In this document: positions 46,110 through 46,385 of the stretch, piece after piece
Layout: each line of letters starts with the position of its first letter
Position numbering within the stretch: the stretch's first letter is position 1
DNA from: Octopus sinensis
Lineage: Eukaryota
Length of the DNA: 46,385 nucleotides
Assembly: GCF_006345805.1 (NCBI RefSeq)
Contig: NW_021833837.1
Location: 1 to 46,385 of the forward strand
Direction: 5' to 3'
Notes under the pieces: model-generated
What the model was told of the DNA's origin: nothing
The model's input: only the letters and a program-made list of their open reading frames with translations
The model's database searches: none
Translations under genes and position numbers: made by a program

Positions 46110-46385
46110 TAAAAAATAATTTCTTTGTAAATAAACACTTTTAAACTTTGTATACTGGTAGAATGTGTTACATAAAACATCTTTTTCTCTTGGCTTTCTT
46201 GAGAAAATTCTGTAGTTTATAAGCTATTTCAACCAATCAATGACGTCTGTTGAGGTGAATACAATTCCTGCTGTTCTTTGCCAACAACTTCCTGTGGTCT
46301 CCATTTAGTTTGTCATTTCATATTAGTCACGTTCGTATGAATAAAAGATAGTGGGGTTAGGGTTAGGTGTGGGGGGAAGGTTTTT
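46110..46385. mobile_element. Rearranged fragment of the same MITE/foldback family
   Basis: TAAACACTTTTAAACTTTGTATACTGGTAGAATGTG, followed by the opposite-arm GGGTTAGGGTTAGGTGTGGGGGGAAGG at the window edge. Confidence 0.6.

Overview
This is AT-rich, intron-dominated eukaryotic DNA. The repeat families, the tandem C2H2 zinc-finger ORF and the TTAGGG tracts suggest a coleoid cephalopod, probably Octopus; that assignment is an inference. Host-gene content is two in-phase minus-strand coding exons of an ankyrin-repeat protein (7450-7535 and 3816-3967) and a single-exon C2H2 zinc-finger array (40400-41665) with decayed fingers at both ends. Most of the rest is mobile DNA. It includes RTE-clade LINEs carrying a PHD-like finger in ORF2 and a modular 3' UTR, a young near-intact CR1-group LINE with a CCCH finger in ORF1, and older CR1 and R4-like fragments. 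There are also several tRNA-derived SINE families, non-autonomous Helitrons (one composite, one exact head-to-tail dimer), a maT-like transposon end, and MITE/foldback elements with 8-bp TSDs and telomere-like repeats. Inverted-repeat elements containing hammerhead-ribozyme motifs are probably derived from Penelope-like elements. The interval ~22.1-37.6 kb is a tandem triplication of a ~1.3-kb block whose (TA)n tracts later took up ~12 kb of different transposons. Coordinates were counted by hand and may be off by a few bases. No database searches were run.
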